Below are positions 8,989 through 17,866 of a DNA stretch of 64,000 nucleotides, one piece after another (the first letter of the stretch is position 1; each line of letters opens with the position of its first letter). The stretch covers positions 78,629 to 142,628 of the forward strand of contig CAYPDT010000001.1 of assembly GCA_964409615.1 (NCBI GenBank), given 5' to 3'. The position numbers and the translations under genes are program-made. The notes beneath the pieces were generated by a model that ran no database searches, was not told the DNA's origin, and was given only the letters and a program-made list of their open reading frames with translations. Origin of the DNA: an uncultured Candidatus Saccharibacteria bacterium. GTDB taxonomy: Bacteria > Patescibacteriota > Saccharimonadia > Saccharimonadales > AWTP1-31.

Positions 8989-11900
8989 ATGGATAAAAAG
9001 AGGAAGTTTTTGCCGAGGGTGCTGAAGGCCACGTTGCAAAGTCGACGAGGTGCTATTCGTGTTGCCACTACGACTGTATTCGCAGCTTCTCTGGCCGTTC
9101 TTTTTAACTCCATTGATGCCTTAGGCTCAGCAACAACTCGTTTAAATAGATTACTGCTTGACCACAGTACTTTTGTGACGGCCATTGCTTTTATAGCAGT
9201 ACTCGTCCTGGCTGTGGTGCTGTATCTCCATATTGACTACCAGGCACATAAGCGGCCGCTTACAACCGAAGATAAGACGGTGGACTACAGTTTTCGGAAT
9301 CATGTGCGCGTTGTTACTATCCCCCTAATGGTCATGAAGTGGCGGCAATTTGCGGTAAGTTGTTTAGCACTCGGATTAGCTTTCGTGACGTATACCGGTA
9401 TATCAGTGAGCATGAGTAAAGGTACATTGGCAGCACCCGGTTCGCTATCCGTTACGATTAACCAGAAGGCCGGGACGGCAGATCCTAACCCATCATATAC
9501 TTCCGTATACACGGTGGTATTCTCTGTGCCAATAAGTAAGACAAGCTTTACTTCGAATGATATTACTTTCAGTGGAACTGCCGTAAGTCCTCAAATACAG
9601 TCAATTACCGAATCGGCACCTTTCAACAAGACGACGTATGAGGTTAGGGTGCAGGTAGCGGGTTCGGGCACGATAGTCCCCTCTATTGCCGCTGAGTCAG
9701 TCTCTGCAGAGAACTTTGATAACGGCACCAACCAGGCTTCGACATCAACTGATAACAGCGTTTCATATAATGGCACCTATACTCCAAATCAGTTCGTTAC
9801 TAAATGGAAAACTGATAACCCGGGCCTCACAGCTTCGAATCAGCTTGTAATCTACGCACAGCCTGGCTACACCTACAACCACACCATTAACTGGGGGGAT
9901 GGCAACATCCAGTCAGGGATAACAAATAGCCCAACGCATACCTACGCATCGCCTGGAACGTACACGGTTACTATTACTGGCCTGTTTCCTAAGTTCACCG
10001 CAGGGCCAGATGGACAGAAATTACTTAGTGTTGAACAGTGGGGCAACAATCCGTGGGAATCTCTTAATGGTGGGTTTAAGGATGCTACCAACTTTACGCT
10101 TGTCAATCTTGATGCACCAAACTTAAGTAATACGCTAGATTTCCATGAGTTGTTTATGAACGCTACTAACTTTAATACCAGTATTAATCACTGGGATGTG
10201 AGTCATGTAGTGGGTATGGCTGGAGTGTTTCGAGGTGCCACTTCATTCAATCAGCCCTTAAATAATTGGGACACTAGTAGCGCGACTAATATGAGCGCCA
10301 TTTTTGATGGCGCCACTTCCTTCAACCAGCCCTTAAATAATTGGGACGTGAGCCATGTTGGCAGTGGTTCGCTGCTATTCAGGGGTGCCACTTCCTTCAA
10401 CCAGCCCTTAAATAATTGGGACACGAGCGACTGGCTTGATATGGGCTCTACGTTTCTTAATGCCACTTCCTTCAACCAGCCCTTAAATCGATGGAATATT
10501 CGTAATGTTGCAGACGCCAATGGCGTCCTTTCCAATACCGGCATGTCGACGGTCAACTATGATATTACCTTGAAGGGCTGGGATACGCAGACGCTGCAAA
10601 GTGGCGTGACCATGGATGCCACTGGCATTACGTACTGTAGTGCTGAGTCACAAAGAGCAAATATTATCTCAACCTATGGTTGGACGATTAATGACGCAGG
10701 CAAGAACTGTACCACCCAGCAACCTTTTATCACTACCTGGAAAACCGACAACACGGGGGACATAAACGATCGAACTATAACTATCCCTACGCTGTTTGGC
10801 GGCTATAACTACGACGTAGATTGGGGGGATGGAAATACGAGCATTGGACAGACAGGGAATGCAAGTCACACCTATGCTATTCCAGGCACATATACTGTTT
10901 CGATATCGGGCACCTTCCCTCATCTGTACATGCAAAATTACGGTGGGGCGGAAAAGCTTTTGACTGTTGAGCAGTGGGGGACGAATTCGTGGCGGTCGAT
11001 GAGGAGCGCATTTTTGGGAGCCTCAAACCTAACTATTCAAGCGACCGATAAACCAGATCTTTCCAATGTCACTGACATGAACTACATGTTTTACTATGCC
11101 TCGTCCTTCAACCAACCCATTGAAGACTGGGATGTGAGTGGCATCACAAGTATGAACGGATTGTTTACAGGCGCTACATCCTTCAACCAGCCGCTCAATA
11201 CATGGGATGTAAGCAATGTGATAGATATGCATAATTTATTCGTAGGTGCCTCATCCTTCAACCAACCCATTGAAGATTGGGATGTCAGCAATGCGGGCGA
11301 TATGGGCGGTATGTTCTTTAACGCACTATCCTTCAACCAATCCCTGAATACATGGGATGTTAGTAATGCCGTGAATATGGCTGGTATGTTCACAGGTTCG
11401 CTTTTCAACCAACCACTCAATAGTTGGAATGTTAGTAGTGTTACTCATATGCAGAGTATGTTCTTCTACACACCGTTCAACCAACCCCTAAATAGTTGGA
11501 ACGTTAGTAATGTGACTACTATGGCCAATATGCTCTCCTACACACCGTTTAACCAACCACTCAATAGTTGGAATGTAGCTAACGTAACGAATATGAGTGG
11601 TATGTTCGATGGCGCCACTGCTTTCAATAGATCACTGGGTAGTTGGCATGTAGATAATGTCACGAATATGGTGGGCATGTTTGGTTTTGGTTCCGGACTC
11701 TCTGTTACGAATTACGACGCTACACTTACAGGTTGGAGTAATCGTCCGCTTCGTAATAATGTCACCTTTGATGCCGGCACCAGTCAATATTGTAATGCCG
11801 AAGCGCAGAGGCAAAGCATTATAACCTCACGTAGTTGGACTATTAATGATTCAGGTGAAGCCCCAGGGTGTGTGCCGACAGATCCAGATGATTTTATCAC

Positions 11901-14900
11901 TACCTGGAAAACCGATAACCCTGGCGACAGTGCAAGCAACCAGATAATGATACCAACAATTTCTGGACCATATACTTACGACTATGATGTCGACTGGGGT
12001 GACAACACGACGAGTGCTAACGTGACTACCTCTATAACACATACCTACGCCAGCCCAGGAACGTATACTGTAAAAATAAGTGGTGCATTTCCGAGCATAC
12101 AGTTTTGCGATATGGCAGAGGCGCAAAAATTGCTAACTATTGAACAGTGGGGAACTGGTGCATGGGAGCGGCTAGACTGTGCGTTCAGCGGAGCAACTAA
12201 CTTAACAATTCCTGCTACTGACGCACCAAATCTTTCATTTGTGACAGATATCTCATATATGTTCAGGGGTGCTGTAAGTCTCAATTCAGATCTCGAGTCC
12301 TGGGATGTAAGCCATATTAATCTGATGGGTGGAATGTTCTCCTACGCTACAGCATTCAACCAACCCCTGGATGGGTGGAATGTCGAAAACGTAACCCATA
12401 TGGGTGGAATGTTTGCGCATGCCTCTTCTTTTAACCAACCATTAAATGGGTGGAACACCGACAGCGTAGTTAATATGGGTGGAATGTTCTCCTACGCTAC
12501 AGCATTCAACCAAGATATTGGTGGATGGACCACTGACAATGTGACAAACATGGGTAGCATGTTCTCCTACGCTACAGCATTCAACCAGCCACTCAACAAC
12601 TGGGAGGTAGGCAACGTTACGGACATGGGTAGCATGTTTGGTGGTGCTACAAGCTTTGATCAGAATATTGGTGGATGGAGCGTGAGCAATCTTACAAATG
12701 CAGTTTCTATGTTCCAGGGTGCTAGTGCCTTCAACCAACCCCTGGATGGCTGGACTACACCCAGCCTCACAGACGTGTGGGGTATGTTTATGAACGCCAC
12801 GTCGTTTAACCAAGATATAAACGATTGGGATGTTACTCATGTCATAGCAACTAATAATCTATTTTATGGTGCCACGGCATTCAACCAACCCCTCAACAAC
12901 TGGGAGGTGGGTAACGTTACGGACATGGGGAGTATGTTTAGCGGTGCCACAAGCTTTGATCAGTCATTGGGCGACTGGGATGTTAGTGGCGCTGTAAACT
13001 TGGGGCACATGTTCTCTCTAGGTTCTGGCCTTTCCACCGTAAACTACGATGCAACACTCATTGGCTGGAATGCACTTGCTTTGCAGAATGACGTAAATTT
13101 TGGAGCTGGTACAAGTAGGTACTGTACTGCTGAGGCTGAGCGGCAAAATATCATAGATACGTTTGACTGGAATATTGTCGACCAAGGAAACGCCTGTGCC
13201 CCACAACGTCCCTTGATTATGAAGGTTAAAACTGATAATCCAGGCGACAGTGGCAACAATGAGTTCGAGGTGACATATGGTAATGACAGTGATACCTACG
13301 ACTTTGACGTAGATTGCGACAACGATGGCACGCCAGAGTTCACGCATCAAACGTATTCAGTCGTTTGTAGCTACCCGTCTGCAGGTGAATATGAAGTTGC
13401 GGTTTCTGGGGCATTTCCACACATGGCGCTCAACTCAGGAAATGGACACGATGCAGAGAAGATACTGGAAGTTCAGCAATGGGGTGATATTGAATGGCAT
13501 AGTATGGAAGGTATGTTCTGGGGAGCTTCAAATGTGCAAGTCACAGCGACGGACAGTCCAAATCTACAGGCTGTAACTAATATGAGCGCTATGTTCTACG
13601 AGGCAACCACGTTCAACGCAAATATAGGGTCATGGGACACTAGTAACGTCACAAATATGGCAATGATGTTCTACGGAGCCACCGCCTTCAACCAGTCCCT
13701 TAACGGTTGGAGTACTGGCAACGTTACAAATATGGGTGAAATGTTCAAAGAGGCTTCGAGTTTTAACGCAAATATTAGCAGTTGGAACACTGGTAATGTG
13801 ACCAATATGTTTGGTATGTTCAGTGACGGATCGATATTCAATCAGGATATTAGCGGCTGGAACACTGGTAATGTCACGGACATGTCAGAACTATTCTTTA
13901 GTAACAGCCATTTTAACCAGCCAATTGGGCAGTGGCAGACGGGTAGCGTGACTGCTATGCGAAGAATGTTTGGTAGCGCTGCGAACTTTAACCAAGACAT
14001 TGGGGGTTGGAATGTAGGTAATGTTACCAATATGTCCGAGATGTTCAACATGGCCACTACGTTTAACCAGCCGTTGGGTAGTTGGAACACCGGTAGTGTT
14101 ACGGATATGTCTTCAATGTTTACATTTGCAACTGTATTCAGCCAACCGATTAATTCTTGGAATGTAGGTAACGTCACAAATATGGCAATGATGTTTAATA
14201 GTGCACCTCAGTTTAATCAGCCATTGAGTAATTGGAATATTGATCAGGTGACCACTATGCAGTCAATGTTCGGTAGCTTTGTAGATTACATGGAATTTTA
14301 CTATGGCCCAGTTGCTGATTGGGATCAGAATTTTAAGACCATGGTTTTTGATGAGCTTTCACAGATTGTTGGTCATACTATGAACGAGCAGAATTATCAG
14401 ACTCTCGAATCAGGTATGTCGGCAACAAACTACGATGCTACGCTCATTGGTTGGAGTGCTCGCTCCTTGCAAGATGACGTCATTTTTGATGCCGGTTATA
14501 GCCGCTACTGCACTGCAGAGGTTGAGCGTCAAAGCATCATAGACACATTCGGGTGGACTATCAACGACCAAGGCAAGGAATGCCAACAATACTTATCGAC
14601 CGACATGAGTCTGGCCACCACATTAACAAATTCAGGAGCGATTAAGGTGGGAGATACGTTGAACTACACGCTCACCGTGCGAAATCATGGTCCAAACAAT
14701 GGTGACACTAATCATGATGCCTCAGTACTTACATTACTCCCAGCTACTGTGGAGTTTGTGTCTGCGGCCGGAACATCACCAGTGAACTGCACGGTGGTGT
14801 TAGCTGAAGACATAGGTATACCTGCTTTTGTGCAGCACTATTCTGGGCTGCAAGTAGTGTTCTGTATTTGGACACCAACACCACTCCTTACTCCTGGCGA

Positions 14901-16857
14901 TACGACAACTTTGAATATACAGACAAAACTTAAGTCGACCGTCCAAAATGGTAATGAAGTAAAGCTTCGTTCTTTGCTGTATTGGTATAACGATATCGAT
15001 AGGAGTGCTCTTGAGGATGCTCTTGATGACGGCGAAGATGTCTATCAACTTACGGGTAATAATATATCGAACTATGCGTTTACTTACACTACAACACCAG
15101 ACGTTCCTGATGTCCCGAATCCGCAGACACCAACAAATCCTAATCCCCCTGGAACACCTATACGACCAAGACCGACTACGCTTAGCCCCACAGTTAAAGG
15201 TGTGTGTGAGGCGCTAACGGTGCGTACCGTTGGTAGTGATCCATACGCTGTCCCACTGGCGGTAGTCTATACGGTAGAAACGACCGGTGATACTACGGGT
15301 ACAACGTACGTATATGATTTTGGGGATGGAACTACTCAGGAGTCGTCAGATAAGGTAGTCGAACACACCTACGACAAGTGGGGAACATATAGCGCAGCGG
15401 TGCGGCTAAAAACAGGTAACGGCCTAGCAGAGCAAAACCCACTTTGTTCTGTAAGGCTCGGCGTTGGCCAAGTAGTGGCAAAGGAATCAGTAGGTGTATT
15501 TGGAGGGGCATTGGCTTCCGTTCGTACGCACAATTTGCTTACACGAACCATTGCGCTACTGCCATTTGTGTTCACCTCACTTCTGCTTCTAATTGCCATG
15601 ATCTACCTGTGGCTGGCTTATCGAGATAAGAAACAACAAGATAAACTCAAGGAGTTGCTGGAGCGAAATAGAAAGACGCGCCAAAGTATTTCAAACTTTG
15701 TAGCGATTTCGTCGCACTACCTTAATACACCATTGGCTACTATGCAGGGTGCATTAGAAATACTTACCGCCGCCAAGCAAAAAGGAACTCTGACATCGAT
15801 AACGACCTACACGCTAGATGGTATACGAAAACAATTACAAGGACTGAGCAGCTATGTCCAAGGCATAGTCGGGCAGAATGAATCGGTGCTGCAGGCTGAT
15901 ACGAAGCAGGTGGGCTCTGTAGGCTTCGTAGAACTCGCTAAGACCAAGCGTATTTGGATGCCGTTAGCCATAACGGGTCTAATGGTAGCCATTGTTGATA
16001 TCGGTCTTACCTTGTCTGGTGGCTACAAGCTTGCAGAACTTCGACTAGCTAATGCCGTGGCGTTCTTTGCGCTGGCAGGTATTTCAATCATTGTAGCTGG
16101 CATTATGCGTTCTCGCAGTGAAGCGCTGCGGGCTGGAATTGAGCAAGAGCTGGCAAGTGAAAAAACACTACTGAGTCAAAAACAAGCACTTATCCATGAT
16201 ATCGCCGGACAACTTGAAAGCTACCAGCATCTACTCATTCAGGAGAGCGCTACTGTTCAACAACTCCCCGAAGGGCGACTATTCTTTAATGGCCTTAAAG
16301 ACTTTGGAAAACTGACCCAGTCGCTTATTTCCGGTGCGCGTTTTGCTACTTTGTCAGCATCACCTCAGTCGATATTGGCTACTGAGATCATCACCTCAGT
16401 AGTTACGTCACTTGATCCTGTCGCTAAGCAGAAGAATGTGACTATCCAATCTACTATAGAACCGGAAGTAACTATGCAGCTGGAAGGCAGTGAGGCGCGC
16501 TTCTTGCTCACAGCATTCCTGGACAATGCTATTAAGTTTAGTCCAGAAAACGCAAAGGTTGAGCTGCAGGCACGAAGACACGGCAAGCATGATATCTTCA
16601 CCATACGTGACGGAGGTCCTGGTATTGACCAGGCGATAGTCTCGCAGCTTTCACGGCCATTCACGAGAGGAACTGACACTATAACCTACAATAACCAAGG
16701 ACTCGGACTAGGACTCTATAACGCTAAAATACTTATAGAAAAACTTGGTGGATCGCTCGAATTAGCGGCAAGCACTCATGGGGCAGGCACGGTAGCAACT
16801 ATTACGCTTCCACATACAAATAGTCTACCTACGAGCATGGTGTATGCTCCAGCGTAG
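8989..16857 (+). CDS. Giant membrane sensor histidine kinase with a BspA/DUF285-type LRR, PKD and DUF11 ectodomain
   Basis: 2,622 uninterrupted codons. Three N-terminal TMs, then four super-modules of FNQPLxxWDVSxVTxMxxMF repeats with PKD-like DWGDG...HTYAxPGTYTV heads. Then DUF11 (YTLTVRNHGPNNGD), a Pro-rich linker, PKD and a TM. Kinase core: H-box SSHYLNTPL (His codon 15715-15717), two TMs, HATPase_c boxes LDNAIKFS, DGGPGID, GLGLGLYNAK. Confidence 0.85.
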   Translation: MDKKRKFLPRVLKATLQSRRGAIRVATTTVFAASLAVLFNSIDALGSATTRLNRLLLDHSTFVTAIAFIAVLVLAVVLYLHIDYQAHKRPLTTEDKTVDYSFRNHVRVVTIPLMVMKWRQFAVSCLALGLAFVTYTGISVSMSKGTLAAPGSLSVTINQKAGTADPNPSYTSVYTVVFSVPISKTSFTSNDITFSGTAVSPQIQSITESAPFNKTTYEVRVQVAGSGTIVPSIAAESVSAENFDNGTNQASTSTDNSVSYNGTYTPNQFVTKWKTDNPGLTASNQLVIYAQPGYTYNHTINWGDGNIQSGITNSPTHTYASPGTYTVTITGLFPKFTAGPDGQKLLSVEQWGNNPWESLNGGFKDATNFTLVNLDAPNLSNTLDFHELFMNATNFNTSINHWDVSHVVGMAGVFRGATSFNQPLNNWDTSSATNMSAIFDGATSFNQPLNNWDVSHVGSGSLLFRGATSFNQPLNNWDTSDWLDMGSTFLNATSFNQPLNRWNIRNVADANGVLSNTGMSTVNYDITLKGWDTQTLQSGVTMDATGITYCSAESQRANIISTYGWTINDAGKNCTTQQPFITTWKTDNTGDINDRTITIPTLFGGYNYDVDWGDGNTSIGQTGNASHTYAIPGTYTVSISGTFPHLYMQNYGGAEKLLTVEQWGTNSWRSMRSAFLGASNLTIQATDKPDLSNVTDMNYMFYYASSFNQPIEDWDVSGITSMNGLFTGATSFNQPLNTWDVSNVIDMHNLFVGASSFNQPIEDWDVSNAGDMGGMFFNALSFNQSLNTWDVSNAVNMAGMFTGSLFNQPLNSWNVSSVTHMQSMFFYTPFNQPLNSWNVSNVTTMANMLSYTPFNQPLNSWNVANVTNMSGMFDGATAFNRSLGSWHVDNVTNMVGMFGFGSGLSVTNYDATLTGWSNRPLRNNVTFDAGTSQYCNAEAQRQSIITSRSWTINDSGEAPGCVPTDPDDFITTWKTDNPGDSASNQIMIPTISGPYTYDYDVDWGDNTTSANVTTSITHTYASPGTYTVKISGAFPSIQFCDMAEAQKLLTIEQWGTGAWERLDCAFSGATNLTIPATDAPNLSFVTDISYMFRGAVSLNSDLESWDVSHINLMGGMFSYATAFNQPLDGWNVENVTHMGGMFAHASSFNQPLNGWNTDSVVNMGGMFSYATAFNQDIGGWTTDNVTNMGSMFSYATAFNQPLNNWEVGNVTDMGSMFGGATSFDQNIGGWSVSNLTNAVSMFQGASAFNQPLDGWTTPSLTDVWGMFMNATSFNQDINDWDVTHVIATNNLFYGATAFNQPLNNWEVGNVTDMGSMFSGATSFDQSLGDWDVSGAVNLGHMFSLGSGLSTVNYDATLIGWNALALQNDVNFGAGTSRYCTAEAERQNIIDTFDWNIVDQGNACAPQRPLIMKVKTDNPGDSGNNEFEVTYGNDSDTYDFDVDCDNDGTPEFTHQTYSVVCSYPSAGEYEVAVSGAFPHMALNSGNGHDAEKILEVQQWGDIEWHSMEGMFWGASNVQVTATDSPNLQAVTNMSAMFYEATTFNANIGSWDTSNVTNMAMMFYGATAFNQSLNGWSTGNVTNMGEMFKEASSFNANISSWNTGNVTNMFGMFSDGSIFNQDISGWNTGNVTDMSELFFSNSHFNQPIGQWQTGSVTAMRRMFGSAANFNQDIGGWNVGNVTNMSEMFNMATTFNQPLGSWNTGSVTDMSSMFTFATVFSQPINSWNVGNVTNMAMMFNSAPQFNQPLSNWNIDQVTTMQSMFGSFVDYMEFYYGPVADWDQNFKTMVFDELSQIVGHTMNEQNYQTLESGMSATNYDATLIGWSARSLQDDVIFDAGYSRYCTAEVERQSIIDTFGWTINDQGKECQQYLSTDMSLATTLTNSGAIKVGDTLNYTLTVRNHGPNNGDTNHDASVLTLLPATVEFVSAAGTSPVNCTVVLAEDIGIPAFVQHYSGLQVVFCIWTPTPLLTPGDTTTLNIQTKLKSTVQNGNEVKLRSLLYWYNDIDRSALEDALDDGEDVYQLTGNNISNYAFTYTTTPDVPDVPNPQTPTNPNPPGTPIRPRPTTLSPTVKGVCEALTVRTVGSDPYAVPLAVVYTVETTGDTTGTTYVYDFGDGTTQESSDKVVEHTYDKWGTYSAAVRLKTGNGLAEQNPLCSVRLGVGQVVAKESVGVFGGALASVRTHNLLTRTIALLPFVFTSLLLLIAMIYLWLAYRDKKQQDKLKELLERNRKTRQSISNFVAISSHYLNTPLATMQGALEILTAAKQKGTLTSITTYTLDGIRKQLQGLSSYVQGIVGQNESVLQADTKQVGSVGFVELAKTKRIWMPLAITGLMVAIVDIGLTLSGGYKLAELRLANAVAFFALAGISIIVAGIMRSRSEALRAGIEQELASEKTLLSQKQALIHDIAGQLESYQHLLIQESATVQQLPEGRLFFNGLKDFGKLTQSLISGARFATLSASPQSILATEIITSVVTSLDPVAKQKNVTIQSTIEPEVTMQLEGSEARFLLTAFLDNAIKFSPENAKVELQARRHGKHDIFTIRDGGPGIDQAIVSQLSRPFTRGTDTITYNNQGLGLGLYNAKILIEKLGGSLELAASTHGAGTVATITLPHTNSLPTSMVYAPA
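9793..14586 (+). repeat. Four tandem intragenic super-modules (about 9793-10725, 10726-11892, 11893-13213, 13214-14586) built from 66-75-nt LRR units
   Basis: Each module starts with F[IV]TxWKTDNPG and ends with NYDxTLxGW...YC.AE..R..II....W.I.D.G..C. By my count of FN(Q)-x-W cores there are 5+8+10+9 repeats. Nucleotide-identical stretches occur, for example 10312-10347 = 10387-10422 (36 nt) and 12325-12363 = 12475-12513 (39 nt). Confidence 0.85.
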
Positions 16858-16917
16858 GTTTGTAGCAAATAAACTACTTGTCTAAAGTAACCATAACCGT
16901 TACAGTTGGCAGTAACG

Positions 16918-17652
16918 ATGAGACAATCCAAATTGCGACTGTACTGTTTTTCGCCGCCTGTAATGTTGGCGACCTTTATTATCGAAATCGGACTATTCCT
17001 CTGGGTACTTGGTAAGTGGGGTGCAAAGAGTACGGCTAACAGGCTGGTGCTGGCAATATTATTCTTCCTGGCCTTGTTCCAGTTGGCTGAATATAACGTT
17101 TGTGGACGGTTTAATATAGACGCATTGACGTGGTCTCGCATCGGCTTTGTGTCCATTACGATGCTGCCGCCGCTTGGTATGTATCTAGTCTACGTCCTGG
17201 CTGGTAAGAAGGAGCGCGTATTAGCGTGGTTGAGCTATCTCATGGGTGCGGTGTTTATTTACATATTTGCGTTCAGTAGTGTGGCCTTTAACTCGCATGT
17301 CTGTGCTGGTAACTATGCCATCTTCCAGCTGAATGCAGATATGCACCTTGGTGGTCTGTACTTTATCTACTACTACGGCTGGTTATTCATGGCCATGGCT
17401 TTTGCGGCGCTATATGCCAGAACTGTCAAGAAAGCCCAGGCCAAGGCACTGTGGTATGTCATTGCAGGGTACTGCTTCTTCCTTATACCTACAACAGTAG
17501 TTAACATGGTCAAGCCCGAGACGATGAGCGGCATACCGAGTGTTATGTGTGGCTTTGCAGTTACCTGGGCACTGGTACTCGTGTTTGGTATTCTGCCCGT
17601 GACAAAAGAGATGTCCTCTGGCCCGAGTAAGAAAACAGTCAAGAAAAAGTAG
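16918..17652 (+). CDS. Polytopic membrane protein (about 7 predicted TM helices), function unknown
   Basis: ORF 16906..17652 (TTG); ATG at 16918 preferred. Almost entirely hydrophobic helices. Lies 48-60 nt downstream of the kinase gene on the same strand. Confidence 0.6.
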   Translation: MRQSKLRLYCFSPPVMLATFIIEIGLFLWVLGKWGAKSTANRLVLAILFFLALFQLAEYNVCGRFNIDALTWSRIGFVSITMLPPLGMYLVYVLAGKKERVLAWLSYLMGAVFIYIFAFSSVAFNSHVCAGNYAIFQLNADMHLGGLYFIYYYGWLFMAMAFAALYARTVKKAQAKALWYVIAGYCFFLIPTTVVNMVKPETMSGIPSVMCGFAVTWALVLVFGILPVTKEMSSGPSKKTVKKK

Positions 17653-17657
17653 CGTAC

Positions 17658-17685
17658 TTGACATTGCCGCCAATGCGGTTATGAT
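17658..17685 (+). promoter_or_regulatory. Strong sigma70-type promoter
   Basis: Consensus TTGACA (17658-17663), 16-nt spacer, TATGAT (17680-17685). Starts 6 nt after the stop of the upstream gene. Confidence 0.5.
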
Positions 17686-17691
17686 TAGAAT

Positions 17692-17803
17692 AATCGTGCG
17701 CTCTAGCGGCGTTTGCAAAACAAACATTGACCAAAACAAAAAGCACCCGCCGCGGGTGGGCGCGCACGACAGTGAGAACACCTCTTTTACGGAGGTGTTT
17801 TTG
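17692..17803 (+). ncRNA. Candidate structured small RNA or 5'-leader (about 110 nt), bounded by its own promoter and intrinsic terminator
   Basis: Long-range stem CGTGCGC (17694-17700) / GCGCACG (17764-17770) encloses a GC hairpin CACCCG-ccg-CGGGTG. Terminator ACACCTC-ttttacg-GAGGTGT plus TTTTTG lies at 17778-17803. No family recognised. Confidence 0.4.
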
Positions 17804-17866
17804 TTATTCGTACTCTTTACGCTTATGGTATACTTTTGGTAATACAATCTAAAACAAAAAAGATAT

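Noticed and set aside
10251-14177. Antisense ORFs with their own repeat pattern (WLKEVAP.., GWLKDEAP.., for example 10251..10556, 11094..11420, 13842..14177; also 37300..37527 and 37567..37815 opposite the paralog)
   Set aside because: They are shadow frames of the DUF285 repeats. Their periodicity mirrors the sense-strand repeat, they lie wholly inside a long well-supported CDS, and they have no independent start or RBS context.
9793-14586. Regular 66-75-nt periodic repeats that could superficially resemble a CRISPR array
   Set aside because: The units are contiguous coding repeats with no unique spacers between conserved repeats, they are in frame within one ORF, and there are no cas genes. 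This is a protein repeat, not CRISPR.
16188-16220. Second H-box-like motif LIHDIAGQLESY (HisKA_3 style) after the TM hairpin of the giant kinase
   Set aside because: The His is not conserved at the aligned position in the paralog (LLQSVAPALQHH), whereas the first H-box is conserved in both. I therefore treat the first as the likely phospho-acceptor. The issue remains open to testing.
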